DNA from: a bacterium
GTDB taxonomy: Bacteria; Patescibacteriota; Minisyncoccia; Phycocordibacterales; UBA2100
DNA length: 64,000 nt
NCBI GenBank assembly: GCA_030674455.1
Contig: JAUSGQ010000044.1
Span: 13,080-77,079 of the forward strand
Direction: 5' to 3'
Shown: positions 17,986-27,192 of the stretch, one piece after another
Layout: every line of letters starts with the position of its first letter
Position numbering within the stretch: the first letter of the stretch is position 1
Translations under genes and position numbers: made by a program
Notes under the pieces: generated by a model
Databases searched by the model: none
The model's input: the letters and a program-made list of their open reading frames with translations, nothing else
What the model was told of the DNA's origin: nothing

Positions 17986-18062
17986 GTCATTGCGAGCTAT
18001 GCGAAGCAATCTAGAGGACTCTGTTGAATCATTCTGGATTGCTTCGCTGCGCTCGCAATGAC
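17986..18062. repeat. palindromic repeat family member a (GTCATTGCGAGCtatGCGAAGCAATC...GATTGCTTCGCtgcGCTCGCAATGAC)
   Basis: 77-bp near-perfect hairpin downstream of the 18081..18731 gene. Family members also at 26488, 30089, 40403 and a degenerate one at 31296. Confidence 0.7.
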
Positions 18063-18080
18063 AGCACGTCCGATTCGTTA

Positions 18081-18731
18081 TTATGACGTGATCCGTTTGA
18101 TTGCAGAAAAGGCGCGATCGATATCTTTGTCAGCAAAAATAGTGCTGAATTCTGTCCCGATAGACATGACTTCCACGAGACTGATGCCATCCTCCGCAAT
18201 CGCTTTCAAAATCGGGTAGTACAGCCCCGGCACATTTAAGCTCGGCTCCGGCAGGCGCATGGTAATGGCCGAGAGGCCGCCCACTCGTTTCAAATACTTC
18301 TGATTGTCGAACGATGCCACCACTTCTTTTTCAATCTCTTGGCTCACGATAAGAAGCGACTCGTAGAGTCCGCGTGAAAAGTTGAGGAACACGCCTTTTT
18401 TATTTTTTGCGATGCGCGAGATCTTTCCTAATACGCCGGATAGATCTGCCGAGTTCGGAAAAACGAACTGCACCAAATTCGAGCGCACCGTGATGTCGCT
18501 CATCTGTTTTAAAAATCGCGTTCCGTACGGAACAACTTTGTAATCTTTCGCTATCCGGTGGAGTGCCATCGCGATTGACCCTTCGGAAACTTCCTCAAGC
18601 AAGATTTTCTCCACTTCAGGTTTTATCCTGCGGGCGATTTGCGCGTTGTTGGCCAACCCCTCGGCCATCGCCTCGGCTAGGAAGGGCGACCGGTGGATTA
18701 TGCCTTCAACGACTTGGCTTACAGTTCTCAT
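18081..18731 (-). CDS. hypothetical protein (possible ACT-like regulatory domain at C-terminus)
   Basis: 216 aa, divergent from asd-lysC. The C-terminus ISLVEVMSIGTEFSTIFADKDIDRAFSAIKRI resembles aspartokinase ACT ends. Its start codon coincides with the end of MITE copy 1. Confidence 0.5.
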   Translation of the reverse strand: MRTVSQVVEGIIHRSPFLAEAMAEGLANNAQIARRIKPEVEKILLEEVSEGSIAMALHRIAKDYKVVPYGTRFLKQMSDITVRSNLVQFVFPNSADLSGVLGKISRIAKNKKGVFLNFSRGLYESLLIVSQEIEKEVVASFDNQKYLKRVGGLSAITMRLPEPSLNVPGLYYPILKAIAEDGISLVEVMSIGTEFSTIFADKDIDRAFSAIKRITS

Positions 18732-18871
18732 ACCCGGTTAGTACAATTTCGAATAATTCCTGCCGTAGATGCGCCAGCGAATATTTGGAAAGACTGCTTA
18801 ATCAATTTTCTTTTCATATGATGTTGATTTGTTCATAACAAGGCGATTCGAAATTGTCCTACCGGGCATAT
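18729..18871 (+). mobile_element. MITE copy 1 (gene-less derivative of the GIY-YIG TIR element) with CATA target-site duplication
   Basis: TIRs CCCGGTTAGTACAATTTCGAAT (18733..18754) and ATTCGAAATTGTCCTACCGGG (18846..18866). Flanking direct repeats CATA at 18729-18732 and 18867-18870. The interior keeps an MPGRTISNR... remnant of the GIY-YIG ORF. Confidence 0.8.
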
Positions 18872-18983
18872 CGTTACAATTATAACAAACTGGTACAATT
18901 CTGTCAATATTCTCAAGAAATTTGGCTAAAAACGCGTTCGGGCGCACTATTGCCTCTTCTTAATAAATAGTAGCTTAATTACT

Positions 18984-20081
18984 ATGGCAAAAACAACACA
19001 AAAACTTTCCGTAGGAATTCTCGGCGCCACCGGCATGGTCGGCCAGAGATTCATAACATTGCTTGAAAACCACCCATGGTTTGAGGTACGTGCGGTTGCC
19101 GCATCAAGGAGCTCTGCGGGAAAGACCTACGCGGAAGCGGTTAAGGGCCGCTGGAAATATCCGACGCCGATTCCTTCGAGCGTGCAAGACTTAATCGTCT
19201 ACTCCGCCCCCGACGACGTGGAGAAGATAGTGAATCATGTGGACTTCGTATTCTCGGCAATTGAAATGGACAAGCATGCAATCCAAACCCTTGAAGAGTT
19301 GTACGCTTCGCGCGGAGTGCCGGTAGTTTCCAACAACTCCGCTCACCGATGGACAGCCGATGTGCCGATGATACTGCCCGAAGTAAATGCGTCCCATCTC
19401 GCCATGATTCCCATCCAGCAAAAAAATCGCGGTTGGAAGACGGGATTCATTGTCGTCAAACCGAACTGTTCGGTGCAATCATATATTCCCGCGCTAGAGG
19501 CGCTCAAACGTTTTGGTCCGCAGAAAGTGATTGTTTCAACTCTTCAGGCAATTTCGGGTGCAGGAAAAACCTTTGAAACAATGCCTGAAATCCTCGACAA
19601 CGTTATTCCCTACATCGGGGGCGAGGAAGAGAAATCGGAAAAAGAACCGATGAAAATCTGGGGTAGCATTGTGAAAGGAAAATTCAAACTCGCTACCGCG
19701 CCGAAAATCTCGGCCACCTGCATCCGAGTTCCCGTTGCCGACGGGCACATGGCATCTGTCGCGGTTTCATTCAAAACAAAACCGACCCGAGACGCAATCC
19801 TTAAAGCGTGGCGAACATACAAAAGCCCGCTCTCGGGGCTCGGCCTTCCATCAGCACCTGAAAAATTCCTGACGTACTTCGAGGAAGATAATCGCCCGCA
19901 GACAAAACTCGATCGCGACATCGGGCGCGGCATGGGTGTCTCCGTCGGCCGTCTGCGCGAAGACCCGATACTGGGATGGAAATTTATTTCGCTTTCTCAC
20001 AACACCATCCGCGGTGCAGCAGGCGGAGCCGTCCTCGGAGCAGAACTCTTAAAAGCCAAAGGATACCTGAAAGCCAGATAA
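18984..20081 (+). CDS. asd: aspartate-semialdehyde dehydrogenase
   Basis: [14 protein letters not shown].. N-terminus and an active-site Cys region. Confidence 0.9.
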   Translation: MAKTTQKLSVGILGATGMVGQRFITLLENHPWFEVRAVAASRSSAGKTYAEAVKGRWKYPTPIPSSVQDLIVYSAPDDVEKIVNHVDFVFSAIEMDKHAIQTLEELYASRGVPVVSNNSAHRWTADVPMILPEVNASHLAMIPIQQKNRGWKTGFIVVKPNCSVQSYIPALEALKRFGPQKVIVSTLQAISGAGKTFETMPEILDNVIPYIGGEEEKSEKEPMKIWGSIVKGKFKLATAPKISATCIRVPVADGHMASVAVSFKTKPTRDAILKAWRTYKSPLSGLGLPSAPEKFLTYFEEDNRPQTKLDRDIGRGMGVSVGRLREDPILGWKFISLSHNTIRGAAGGAVLGAELLKAKGYLKAR

Positions 20082-20089
20082 ATTAATGT

Positions 20090-21445
20090 ATGGAAAAAAC
20101 TCCCAGCAACATCGTCATAAAATTCGGCGGCACTTCGGTCGCTACCAAAGAAGCGGTCCACGCAATCATCGCGATAGTTAAACGATACCGGAAATCGAAT
20201 CCCGTTGTCGTTGTTTCCGCCCTTCGCGGCGTAACCGAAGGATTGCTCGGGCTTTCCAAATGCCCTAAAGCCCAGCTTCCAGGCCGTATTTCGGCTCTGC
20301 GTGCCATGCATCAAAAATTGGCTTCCGACCTCTTCCCTACAGATAAAGACGTGGCCGAGGTGATGGCATATGTGGATGAGCAGCTCGCCGCAACGGAAAA
20401 AGTCGCGCGCAAAGGACGATTCAATCCCGCAGCTATGGACCAGCTCGTATCCGCCGGAGAAATCATGTCGTCATTTCTCATCGCAAAAGCGCTTGAGACG
20501 AACGACATCGCGTCAAGGCAGGTAGTCTCGACAGAAATAGTTGCTACCGACGACAATTTCATGCAGGCGGAATTCCAACCGAAAGAGACGGAGAAAAATG
20601 CGCGGAGAATTCTTGCCCCGCTTATTCGCCGCGGCATCGTTCCTGTCGTTACCGGATTCTTGGGTTCAACAAAAAAAGGACAGACGACCACGCTCGGACG
20701 CGGCGGCTCTGATTACTCCGCATCTATAATCGGGCGCTCGCTAGATGCAAAAGAAATACAAATTTGGACGGATGTCGACGGAATCTTTACGGCCGACCCG
20801 CGCGTCGTTAAAAACGCGCGCATTATTTCCGACATATCGTACCGCGAGGCGTCCGAAATGGCCGCGTTCGGAGCAAAAGTCTTGCACCCGAGAACCATCA
20901 GGCCGGCAGTCGAAAAAAACATTCCCGTGCGCGTACTCAACACTTTTAATCTTAAAGCTTCGGGAACCCTGGTGAGCCCGCGCTCAACCGGAACGGGACT
21001 CAAAGCGATAGCGTTCAAAAAAAACGTTGTGCTCGTCAACGTTTACTCGGATTCAATGCTTTTCTCGCGCGGATTTCTCGCCCGCATGTTCGAGGTATTC
21101 GCACGGCATCAGATCTCAATCGATTTGGTCTCGGTCTCCGAGGTAAGCGTTTCTGTAACTTTAGATAGCAACAACGGACACCTTGATGCCGCGGTAAAAG
21201 AACTGGAAGCGTTCTCCAAAGTGAGCGTACACAAAGATAGCTTCGGGATGATATCGCTCATAGGAGAGGGAATCGCCTCTGCGCAGGATATAATGACGAA
21301 TGTATCCGCACAGTTTAGCCGTCATCGAATTCCCCTGCGGATGATCTCTATGGGAGCGTCTGACATCAATATCAGTTTGGTAATACCCGCGGCAGATGTC
21401 GTGCGCGCGGCCAACATGGTTCACGATGAATTCTTGAGAAACTAA
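20090..21445 (+). CDS. lysC: aspartate kinase
   Basis: VIKFGGTSV.. N-terminus and C-terminal ACT domains. Confidence 0.9.
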   Translation: MEKTPSNIVIKFGGTSVATKEAVHAIIAIVKRYRKSNPVVVVSALRGVTEGLLGLSKCPKAQLPGRISALRAMHQKLASDLFPTDKDVAEVMAYVDEQLAATEKVARKGRFNPAAMDQLVSAGEIMSSFLIAKALETNDIASRQVVSTEIVATDDNFMQAEFQPKETEKNARRILAPLIRRGIVPVVTGFLGSTKKGQTTTLGRGGSDYSASIIGRSLDAKEIQIWTDVDGIFTADPRVVKNARIISDISYREASEMAAFGAKVLHPRTIRPAVEKNIPVRVLNTFNLKASGTLVSPRSTGTGLKAIAFKKNVVLVNVYSDSMLFSRGFLARMFEVFARHQISIDLVSVSEVSVSVTLDSNNGHLDAAVKELEAFSKVSVHKDSFGMISLIGEGIASAQDIMTNVSAQFSRHRIPLRMISMGASDINISLVIPAADVVRAANMVHDEFLRN

Positions 21446-21448
21446 TTG

Positions 21449-21588
21449 TATGCCCGGTAGGACAATTTCGAATCGCCTCATATGACTATTCGCCATCACA
21501 TGAAAAGAAGATTGTTGGAGCGGTCGTTACAGATGTCCGCAGGTGTAACTACGGCAGAAATTATTCGAAATTGTACTAACCGGGTATG
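21449..21588 (-). mobile_element. MITE copy 2 (inverted relative to copy 1) with TATG target-site duplication; exactly fills the lysC-dapB spacer
   Basis: TIRs CCCGGTAGGACAATTTCGAAT (21453..21473) and ATTCGAAATTGTACTAACCGGG (21563..21584). TATG at 21449-21452 and 21585-21588; the latter contains the dapB ATG. Confidence 0.8.
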
Positions 21589-22326
21589 AACATTGCACTG
21601 CTAGGACATGGAAATATGGGGCTGGAGATCGAACGGCTTGTTCGGGCTTCCGGCACGCACACAGTTTCCGTAATAGGAATGGAGGAGCCAAGCGGCGCGA
21701 TAGATACAGCTGGCCTCAAAAACGCCGAAGTTGTAATCGATTTTACGTCGCCGGAAATAGTGATGAACGATATTCGCACCGTGGCAAAAGAGGGGAAAAA
21801 TCTCGTCGTGGGAACTACGGGATGGCAGGAACACCTGCCGGAGGTGGAAAAAATCGTTCGCGAGAGCGGAATTGGCCTGATTTACGGCCAGAATTTCTCG
21901 ATAGGCGCGAATATCTTTTTCCGCGCGGTAGCTCATGCGACAAAACTATTCTCTGCATTTAAAGACTACGATGTGTACGGTTTGGAAATTCACCATGCCG
22001 GGAAAAAAGACAGTCCATCGGGGACTGCCCTGCGGACCGCGCAAGAAATTCTGCAGAACTCAAGCACCAAAAAAATCCTAACGACAGGTAAACTCGACAG
22101 AAAAGTACGTCCGGAAGAACTGCACTTCGCGTCCGTGCGAGGCGGCGTGAATCCCGGATTCCACGAAGTGGTTTTCGACAGCCCCGCCGATGCGGTTACT
22201 ATTTCTCATTCCGCGCACAACAGGGAGGGATTTGCGCAGGGCGCTATCCTTGCGGCAGAATTCATTCAAGGGAAAAAAGGCCTGTTTACATTTGATGACG
22301 TGATGAAAGCTCATGGCATAAAATAA
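21586..22326 (+). CDS. dapB: 4-hydroxy-tetrahydrodipicolinate reductase
   Basis: NAD-binding N-terminus (IALLGHGNMG) and HHAGKKDSPSGTA motif. Confidence 0.9.
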   Translation: MNIALLGHGNMGLEIERLVRASGTHTVSVIGMEEPSGAIDTAGLKNAEVVIDFTSPEIVMNDIRTVAKEGKNLVVGTTGWQEHLPEVEKIVRESGIGLIYGQNFSIGANIFFRAVAHATKLFSAFKDYDVYGLEIHHAGKKDSPSGTALRTAQEILQNSSTKKILTTGKLDRKVRPEELHFASVRGGVNPGFHEVVFDSPADAVTISHSAHNREGFAQGAILAAEFIQGKKGLFTFDDVMKAHGIK

Positions 22327-22327
22327 T

Positions 22328-23218
22328 ATGACTAAACTTCTGCTACAAGGCGCACTGACTGCAATCGTAACGCCGTTCACAAAAAGCGGCGCGGTGGATT
22401 TTCCCGCGTTCCGAAAATTGCTTAACCGACAAGTGAATGCCGGTATTAACGGCATCGTGGTGTGCGGCTCAACCGGCGAAGCCGTCACATTGAACGACAA
22501 AGAGTACGCTGCGGTAATTAAATTCGCGGTGAAAGAAGTCGGCGGCCGCGTACCCGTGATAGCGGGTGCCGGTTCGAACAACACGGCACGGGCAATCGAG
22601 CTCTCGAAAATCGCGCAGGCGCAAGGCGTTGTGGGGCTTTTGCACGTTACTCCCTTCTACAATAAACCGACGCCGAACGGCTTGGTCGCGCATTACAAAG
22701 CTATATGCAATGCCGTTCCCCTTCCCGTTATTCTCTACAACGTGCCCGGCCGCACCGGTTCAAATGTTTTGCCCGAAACCGTTATCCGAATTGCCAAAGA
22801 AGTCCCCGGTATGATCGCAGTGAAAGAGGCGTCCGGAAATATCAGCCAGATACGGGATATTATAAAAGGCGCTCCGCGCGGATTCACCGTGCTCTCGGGA
22901 GATGACGCCTTGACGTATCCTGCGATGAAGCTAGGTGCCTCGGGCTGCATCAGCGTCGTCTCGAACGAAGTGCCCGAAGAATTTACCGAGCTTTGCCAGA
23001 GTGCCTTAAGGGGCGACTGGAAAAGAGCGCGGGCACTCCATCTTCGGCTTCTGCCGCTCATGGACATTAATTTCATCGAATCGAACCCGCTTCCCGTTAA
23101 AGCCGCACTTTCCATGATGGGGCTTATCGAGGAATCTTTCCGGTTGCCGCTTGTACCAATGGAAAGCCGGAACAAACCGAAACTGAAAAAATGCCTGCAA
23201 AGTTTGGGGCTACTATAA
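22328..23218 (+). CDS. dapA: 4-hydroxy-tetrahydrodipicolinate synthase
   Basis: AIVTPF...GIVVCGSTGE; typical DapA length. Confidence 0.9.
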   Translation: MTKLLLQGALTAIVTPFTKSGAVDFPAFRKLLNRQVNAGINGIVVCGSTGEAVTLNDKEYAAVIKFAVKEVGGRVPVIAGAGSNNTARAIELSKIAQAQGVVGLLHVTPFYNKPTPNGLVAHYKAICNAVPLPVILYNVPGRTGSNVLPETVIRIAKEVPGMIAVKEASGNISQIRDIIKGAPRGFTVLSGDDALTYPAMKLGASGCISVVSNEVPEEFTELCQSALRGDWKRARALHLRLLPLMDINFIESNPLPVKAALSMMGLIEESFRLPLVPMESRNKPKLKKCLQSLGLL

Positions 23219-23415
23219 AGAAATTGTTATGCGCGAAGCAAATTACAAGTTCTTTACCCGCCCAAATTTCCAGCTCCAATCTGGTATGCACGGAACAACG
23301 TCTTCAGAGACCCATCTACACAGATTGCCGAAAGCAATGACATTAGCGGAAGCAGGAAATTTAGGCGGGTCTAAGATTTATTAAGCTCGCTTCGCTTACT
23401 AATTAAATCTAAGAC

Positions 23416-24612
23416 ATGGCAAAAATTAATTCGCGGTACCAAAAAGTCTCGCAGGGATATTTCTCCACCGAGATTGCAAAACGGGCCAAACCGTTCTTAG
23501 ATTCGCACCCCGGCGCGGAGATTTACCGGCTCGGAATCGGCAACACGACAGAAGCAATCGTCCCTTCTGTCATAGAGGGCCTTCGCAAAGGAGTCGAAAA
23601 ATTGGCCAAAACAGAGACTTATACGGGGTACGGAGATGAGCAGGGCGATTCACGACTGCGCGAAGCAATTTCCAAATGGTACGCAAAACGAGCGGTGAGC
23701 GTAGAGCCCTCGGCAGTTTTTGTAAGCGACGGCGCAAAGAGCGACTGTGCCAATATTCCCTCTATATTTTCCGATGACGCCGTCGTGGCCGTGAGCGACC
23801 CCGGATACCCGGTACATCGGGAAGCCGCTGTGATATCAGGAAAGAAAGTTGTCTCTATGGAATGCCTGGAGAAAAATAACTTCATGCCGACGATGCCCGA
23901 GCGTGCTGACCTGCTATACATTTGCAGCCCTAATAATCCGACTGGGACGGTCGCCACAAGAAAACAATTAGAGTCGTTCGTCGCATACGCAAGAAAAAAT
24001 AAAGCGATAATAATTTTTGACGCCGCCTATTCTGAATACGTTAGCGACCAAGCACTACCGCGCAGCATCTACGAGATAGAGGGCGCGAAATCGTGCGCCA
24101 TAGAAATACAGAGTCTTTCTAAAGCCGCCGGCTTCACGGGAGTGCGCTTGGGTTGGACTATCGTGCCGAAAGAGCTGCAAACCGAAGACGGCGCGGAAGG
24201 AATGTTGAATAGGTTCTGGTCGAGGAGGCAGACCACGATGTTTAACGGCGCTTCAAACATCGCGCAGGAAGGAGGACTTGCCGTTCTCTCCCCAAAAGGA
24301 CAGCGCGAGACGCACGAACAAGTCGCTTACTACATGGAAAACGCCCGCATCATACGAGAGGGACTTAGCGCCGCAAAAATGACGATACATGGAGGCGTAG
24401 ATGCTCCATACATCTGGTTGCAATGCCCTCGAGGCCTTTCCTCGTGGGAATTCTTCGACGAGCTACTCACGAAAGCACATGTTATTGCAACGCCGGGGAT
24501 AGTTTTCGGCAAAGGCGGCGAAGGCTACATGCGCATATCTGCATTCGGCCACCGAGAAGATGTAGAGAAGGCAGTACATTCAATACGGAAAAACTTTGGT
24601 ACTATTGCTTAA
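23416..24612 (+). CDS. dapL: LL-diaminopimelate aminotransferase
   Basis: 398 aa fold-type-I aminotransferase. The N-terminus INSRYQKVSQGYFSTEIAKR resembles DapL ([20 protein letters not shown]). Operon context with dapA/dapB/lysA. Confidence 0.75.
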   Translation: MAKINSRYQKVSQGYFSTEIAKRAKPFLDSHPGAEIYRLGIGNTTEAIVPSVIEGLRKGVEKLAKTETYTGYGDEQGDSRLREAISKWYAKRAVSVEPSAVFVSDGAKSDCANIPSIFSDDAVVAVSDPGYPVHREAAVISGKKVVSMECLEKNNFMPTMPERADLLYICSPNNPTGTVATRKQLESFVAYARKNKAIIIFDAAYSEYVSDQALPRSIYEIEGAKSCAIEIQSLSKAAGFTGVRLGWTIVPKELQTEDGAEGMLNRFWSRRQTTMFNGASNIAQEGGLAVLSPKGQRETHEQVAYYMENARIIREGLSAAKMTIHGGVDAPYIWLQCPRGLSSWEFFDELLTKAHVIATPGIVFGKGGEGYMRISAFGHREDVEKAVHSIRKNFGTIA

Positions 24613-24618
24613 ACACTT

Positions 24619-25854
24619 ATGAGCAAAGTACCATTCACAAAAACGCAGATTGCGGAGCTGATTAAAAAATACCCGACTCCTTTTTATATTTATGAGGAGG
24701 CCGGAATCCGGCAAGCTACGAATGACCTAGCGCGAAGTTTCTCATGGAATAAGGGATTCAAGCAATATTTCGCGGTGAAAGCTACTCCCAATCCGAGCAT
24801 TTTAGAAATCCTAAAAGAAGAAGGCTCCGGAGCTGATTGCAGTTCACTGCCGGAGCTTCTGCTATCGAAGAAAGTTGGAATTACAGGCGAGAACATTATG
24901 TTCACTTCCAACGACACGCCTGCTGAAGAGTTTGTAAAAGCACGCGAACTGGGAGCGATAATCAACCTCGACGATATACGGCACATAGAATTCCTTGAAA
25001 AAAACGCGGGACTGCCGGAGCTCCTTTCCTTCCGCTATAACCCGGGAACTTCGCGGAAAGGAAACGCCATTATCGGCAACCCGGCCGAGGCCAAATTCGG
25101 AATGACGAGAGAGCAAATATTGGAATCGTATGCGATTGCGAGGAAAAAAGGCGTGAAGCGCTTTGGTCTGCACACGATGGTCGCCACTAGCCAGCTGCAG
25201 ACAGAGTATCTGGTGATGAACGCAAAAATGCTTTTCGCATTAGCCCACGAGATACGAGAGAAAACTGGGGTGGAGTTTGAGTTCATTAACCTCGGCGGCG
25301 GGCTTGGTATTCCCTACCGGCCTGAACAGAAAGCCATAGATATCAAGGCAATATCGGCCGGTGTCCGCGAGGTGTACGAGGAAGCGGTACAAAAAGGATT
25401 GATGCCGCCTGTAAAGATATTCACGGAATGTGGACGATACATTACCGGTCCGTATGGATATCTCGTCTCTACGGTGCGGCACATGAAAGAAACATATAAA
25501 AAATATGTCGGGCTTGATGCATGCATGGCAAATTTGATGCGTCCGGCACTCTATGGCGCGTATCACCACATAACTGTTCTCGGGAAAGAAAACATGCCAT
25601 CGAATAATACGTACGACGTGGTGGGTTCGCTTTGCGAGAATAACGATAAATTCGCGATTGACAGAAAACTGCCCGAAATGGAACCCGAAGACATCGTGGT
25701 ATTCCACGACGCAGGCGCGCACGGCCACGCCATGGGCTTTAATTACAACGGCAAACTGCGCTCGGCGGAATTCTTGCTGTCGCCGAGTGGAGAATTCAAA
25801 ATGATCCGCCGAGCGGAAACATCAGACGATTATTTTGCTACGCTGAGCTTTTAG
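24619..25854 (+). CDS. lysA: diaminopimelate decarboxylase
   Basis: 411 aa fold-III PLP decarboxylase. Last gene of the lys operon. Confidence 0.9.
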   Translation: MSKVPFTKTQIAELIKKYPTPFYIYEEAGIRQATNDLARSFSWNKGFKQYFAVKATPNPSILEILKEEGSGADCSSLPELLLSKKVGITGENIMFTSNDTPAEEFVKARELGAIINLDDIRHIEFLEKNAGLPELLSFRYNPGTSRKGNAIIGNPAEAKFGMTREQILESYAIARKKGVKRFGLHTMVATSQLQTEYLVMNAKMLFALAHEIREKTGVEFEFINLGGGLGIPYRPEQKAIDIKAISAGVREVYEEAVQKGLMPPVKIFTECGRYITGPYGYLVSTVRHMKETYKKYVGLDACMANLMRPALYGAYHHITVLGKENMPSNNTYDVVGSLCENNDKFAIDRKLPEMEPEDIVVFHDAGAHGHAMGFNYNGKLRSAEFLLSPSGEFKMIRRAETSDDYFATLSF

Positions 25855-25894
25855 CTTCTATTCAGGCGTGAATGCCGTTAGTACCGCGAACCAT

Positions 25895-26152
25895 TTACGA
25901 ATACAATTCCGAATGGGTTCCGATGTTAACAAACACGACAACGTCGCCTCGTTGCTTGAATATGGCTCGGTAGTCGCCGGTCACGTTGATGCTTCTGCAA
26001 CCCGGATAGGCGCGTTCGACCGAATGATTATTGAGAATCGGATGAAATGGCGTATTTCGGAAAAGATTTTTCCGCTCAACGAATTTTACACGCACGTTCT
26101 TCGGCATTTTCTTAAACCTTTTGAGAAACAACCGATGAAGGATAATCTCCAT
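25895..26152 (-). CDS. type II toxin, RelE/ParE superfamily
   Basis: 85 aa. C-terminal ...GDYRAIFKQRGDVVVFVNIGTHSELY matches the RelE/StbE pattern. Lies immediately downstream of the antitoxin gene. Confidence 0.75.
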   Translation of the reverse strand: MEIILHRLFLKRFKKMPKNVRVKFVERKNLFRNTPFHPILNNHSVERAYPGCRSINVTGDYRAIFKQRGDVVVFVNIGTHSELYS

Positions 26153-26158
26153 GTACCC

Positions 26159-26434
26159 TTAAATCGAGAGCAGGTAATCGTCCATTGCTTTCGAGTTCTT
26201 GAAGGACACAAGATTCTTTCCCTTTTTTATATCGCGCAGTGCGGCGCGAATTTCCCGAGCCGTCTTCGCGTTGAAATGCTCTTCACTTGCAATATCGACA
26301 GTGAGGCGGCCTTCGGCGTATGCTTTCGTCGCAAGTTTCAATACGGATGCAAAAGGAACGCCTTCGCGCTTGGCGCGGCGCATCGCCTGCGATTTTACGG
26401 CAGGGTCAACCCGAAACATTACTTGAGTAGTCAT
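26159..26434 (-). CDS. type II antitoxin, RelB/DinJ-like
   Basis: 91 aa. N-terminal RHH-like segment (VMFRVDPAVKSQAMRRAKREGVPFASV). 6-bp gap to the toxin gene. Confidence 0.65.
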   Translation of the reverse strand: MTTQVMFRVDPAVKSQAMRRAKREGVPFASVLKLATKAYAEGRLTVDIASEEHFNAKTAREIRAALRDIKKGKNLVSFKNSKAMDDYLLSI

Positions 26435-26487
26435 ATGTGTATCTTATACATATCTAAAAGATATGTCAATCAACCAAAAAGTTCGAG

Positions 26488-26565
26488 GTCATTGCGAGCA
26501 ACGCGAAGCAATCCAGTGGATTGTACAAATTACTCTAGTTTGCTTCGCTAAGCTCGCAAAGACGG
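26488..26565. repeat. palindromic repeat family member b (GTCATTGCGAGCaacGCGAAGCAATCC...TTTGCTTCGCtaaGCTCGCAAAGAC)
   Basis: Directly downstream of rplK. Confidence 0.65.
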
Positions 26566-26590
26566 GTACGAGAACTATCGCTAAGCTCCG

Positions 26591-27013
26591 TTATTCGGTC
26601 GTGATACCCATCGAGCGCGCAGTTCCGGCGATGATTTTCTTTGCTTGTTCCAAATTATTCGCGTTCAGGTCTTCCATCTTCTCTTTCGCGATGTCTTCCA
26701 CTTGCTTGTTGGTGAGCTTCCCTACCTTGTTGGAATGCGGCTTGTCGGAACCCTTTTCGAGACCGGCGGATTTGAGAATCAAGCGAGATGCCGGCGGCTT
26801 CTTGATTATGAAATCAAACGAGCGGTCGCTGTAAACCTTCATTAATACGGGAAGGATGCTTCCGGCCATCGCCTTGGTCTTTGTGTTGAACTGGTTGACG
26901 AATTCGCCGATGTTGACGCCCGCAGGCCCCAAGGCGGTTCCCACTGGCGGAGCAGGAGTCGCGGCACCTGCCGGAATCTGAAGCTTTATGATTTTTGTTA
27001 CTTGTTTGGCCAT
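26591..27013 (-). CDS. rplK: 50S ribosomal protein L11
   Basis: [35 protein letters not shown].. Confidence 0.9.
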   Translation of the reverse strand: MAKQVTKIIKLQIPAGAATPAPPVGTALGPAGVNIGEFVNQFNTKTKAMAGSILPVLMKVYSDRSFDFIIKKPPASRLILKSAGLEKGSDKPHSNKVGKLTNKQVEDIAKEKMEDLNANNLEQAKKIIAGTARSMGITTE

Positions 27014-27192
27014 GTTAGATTTTGTTACGAGCGAAGCGAATTAGAAAATCTTACACCCAGCACCTTTTACGCCTAAAAAGCTGTTTGAACGATGATAATA
27101 CTTTGAAAATCTGTTTTGGGCAATGTGGTTCATAGTGAAGTTAAAGGTGCTGGGTAGTGAAAAATATACTTACTTCGTTCGTTATTTTTCTA

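Noticed and set aside
23219-23415. Lysine riboswitch (L-box) in the dapA-dapL spacer
   Set aside because: I could not recognise the conserved L-box helices or motifs by eye. Left as a candidate to test with a covariance model rather than an annotated feature.
25868-26551. 227-aa plus-strand ORF overlapping the relBE-type pair
   Set aside because: It is antisense to two well-supported small genes (RelE-like toxin and RelB-like antitoxin), has no family resemblance and lies in an odd context. Treated as a spurious overlapping ORF.
27014-27192. Annotating the nusG-rplK spacer as an L1-binding ribosomal leader
   Set aside because: A suggestive hairpin is present, but I cannot verify the L1-leader consensus. 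It is kept as a finding to test, not as a feature.
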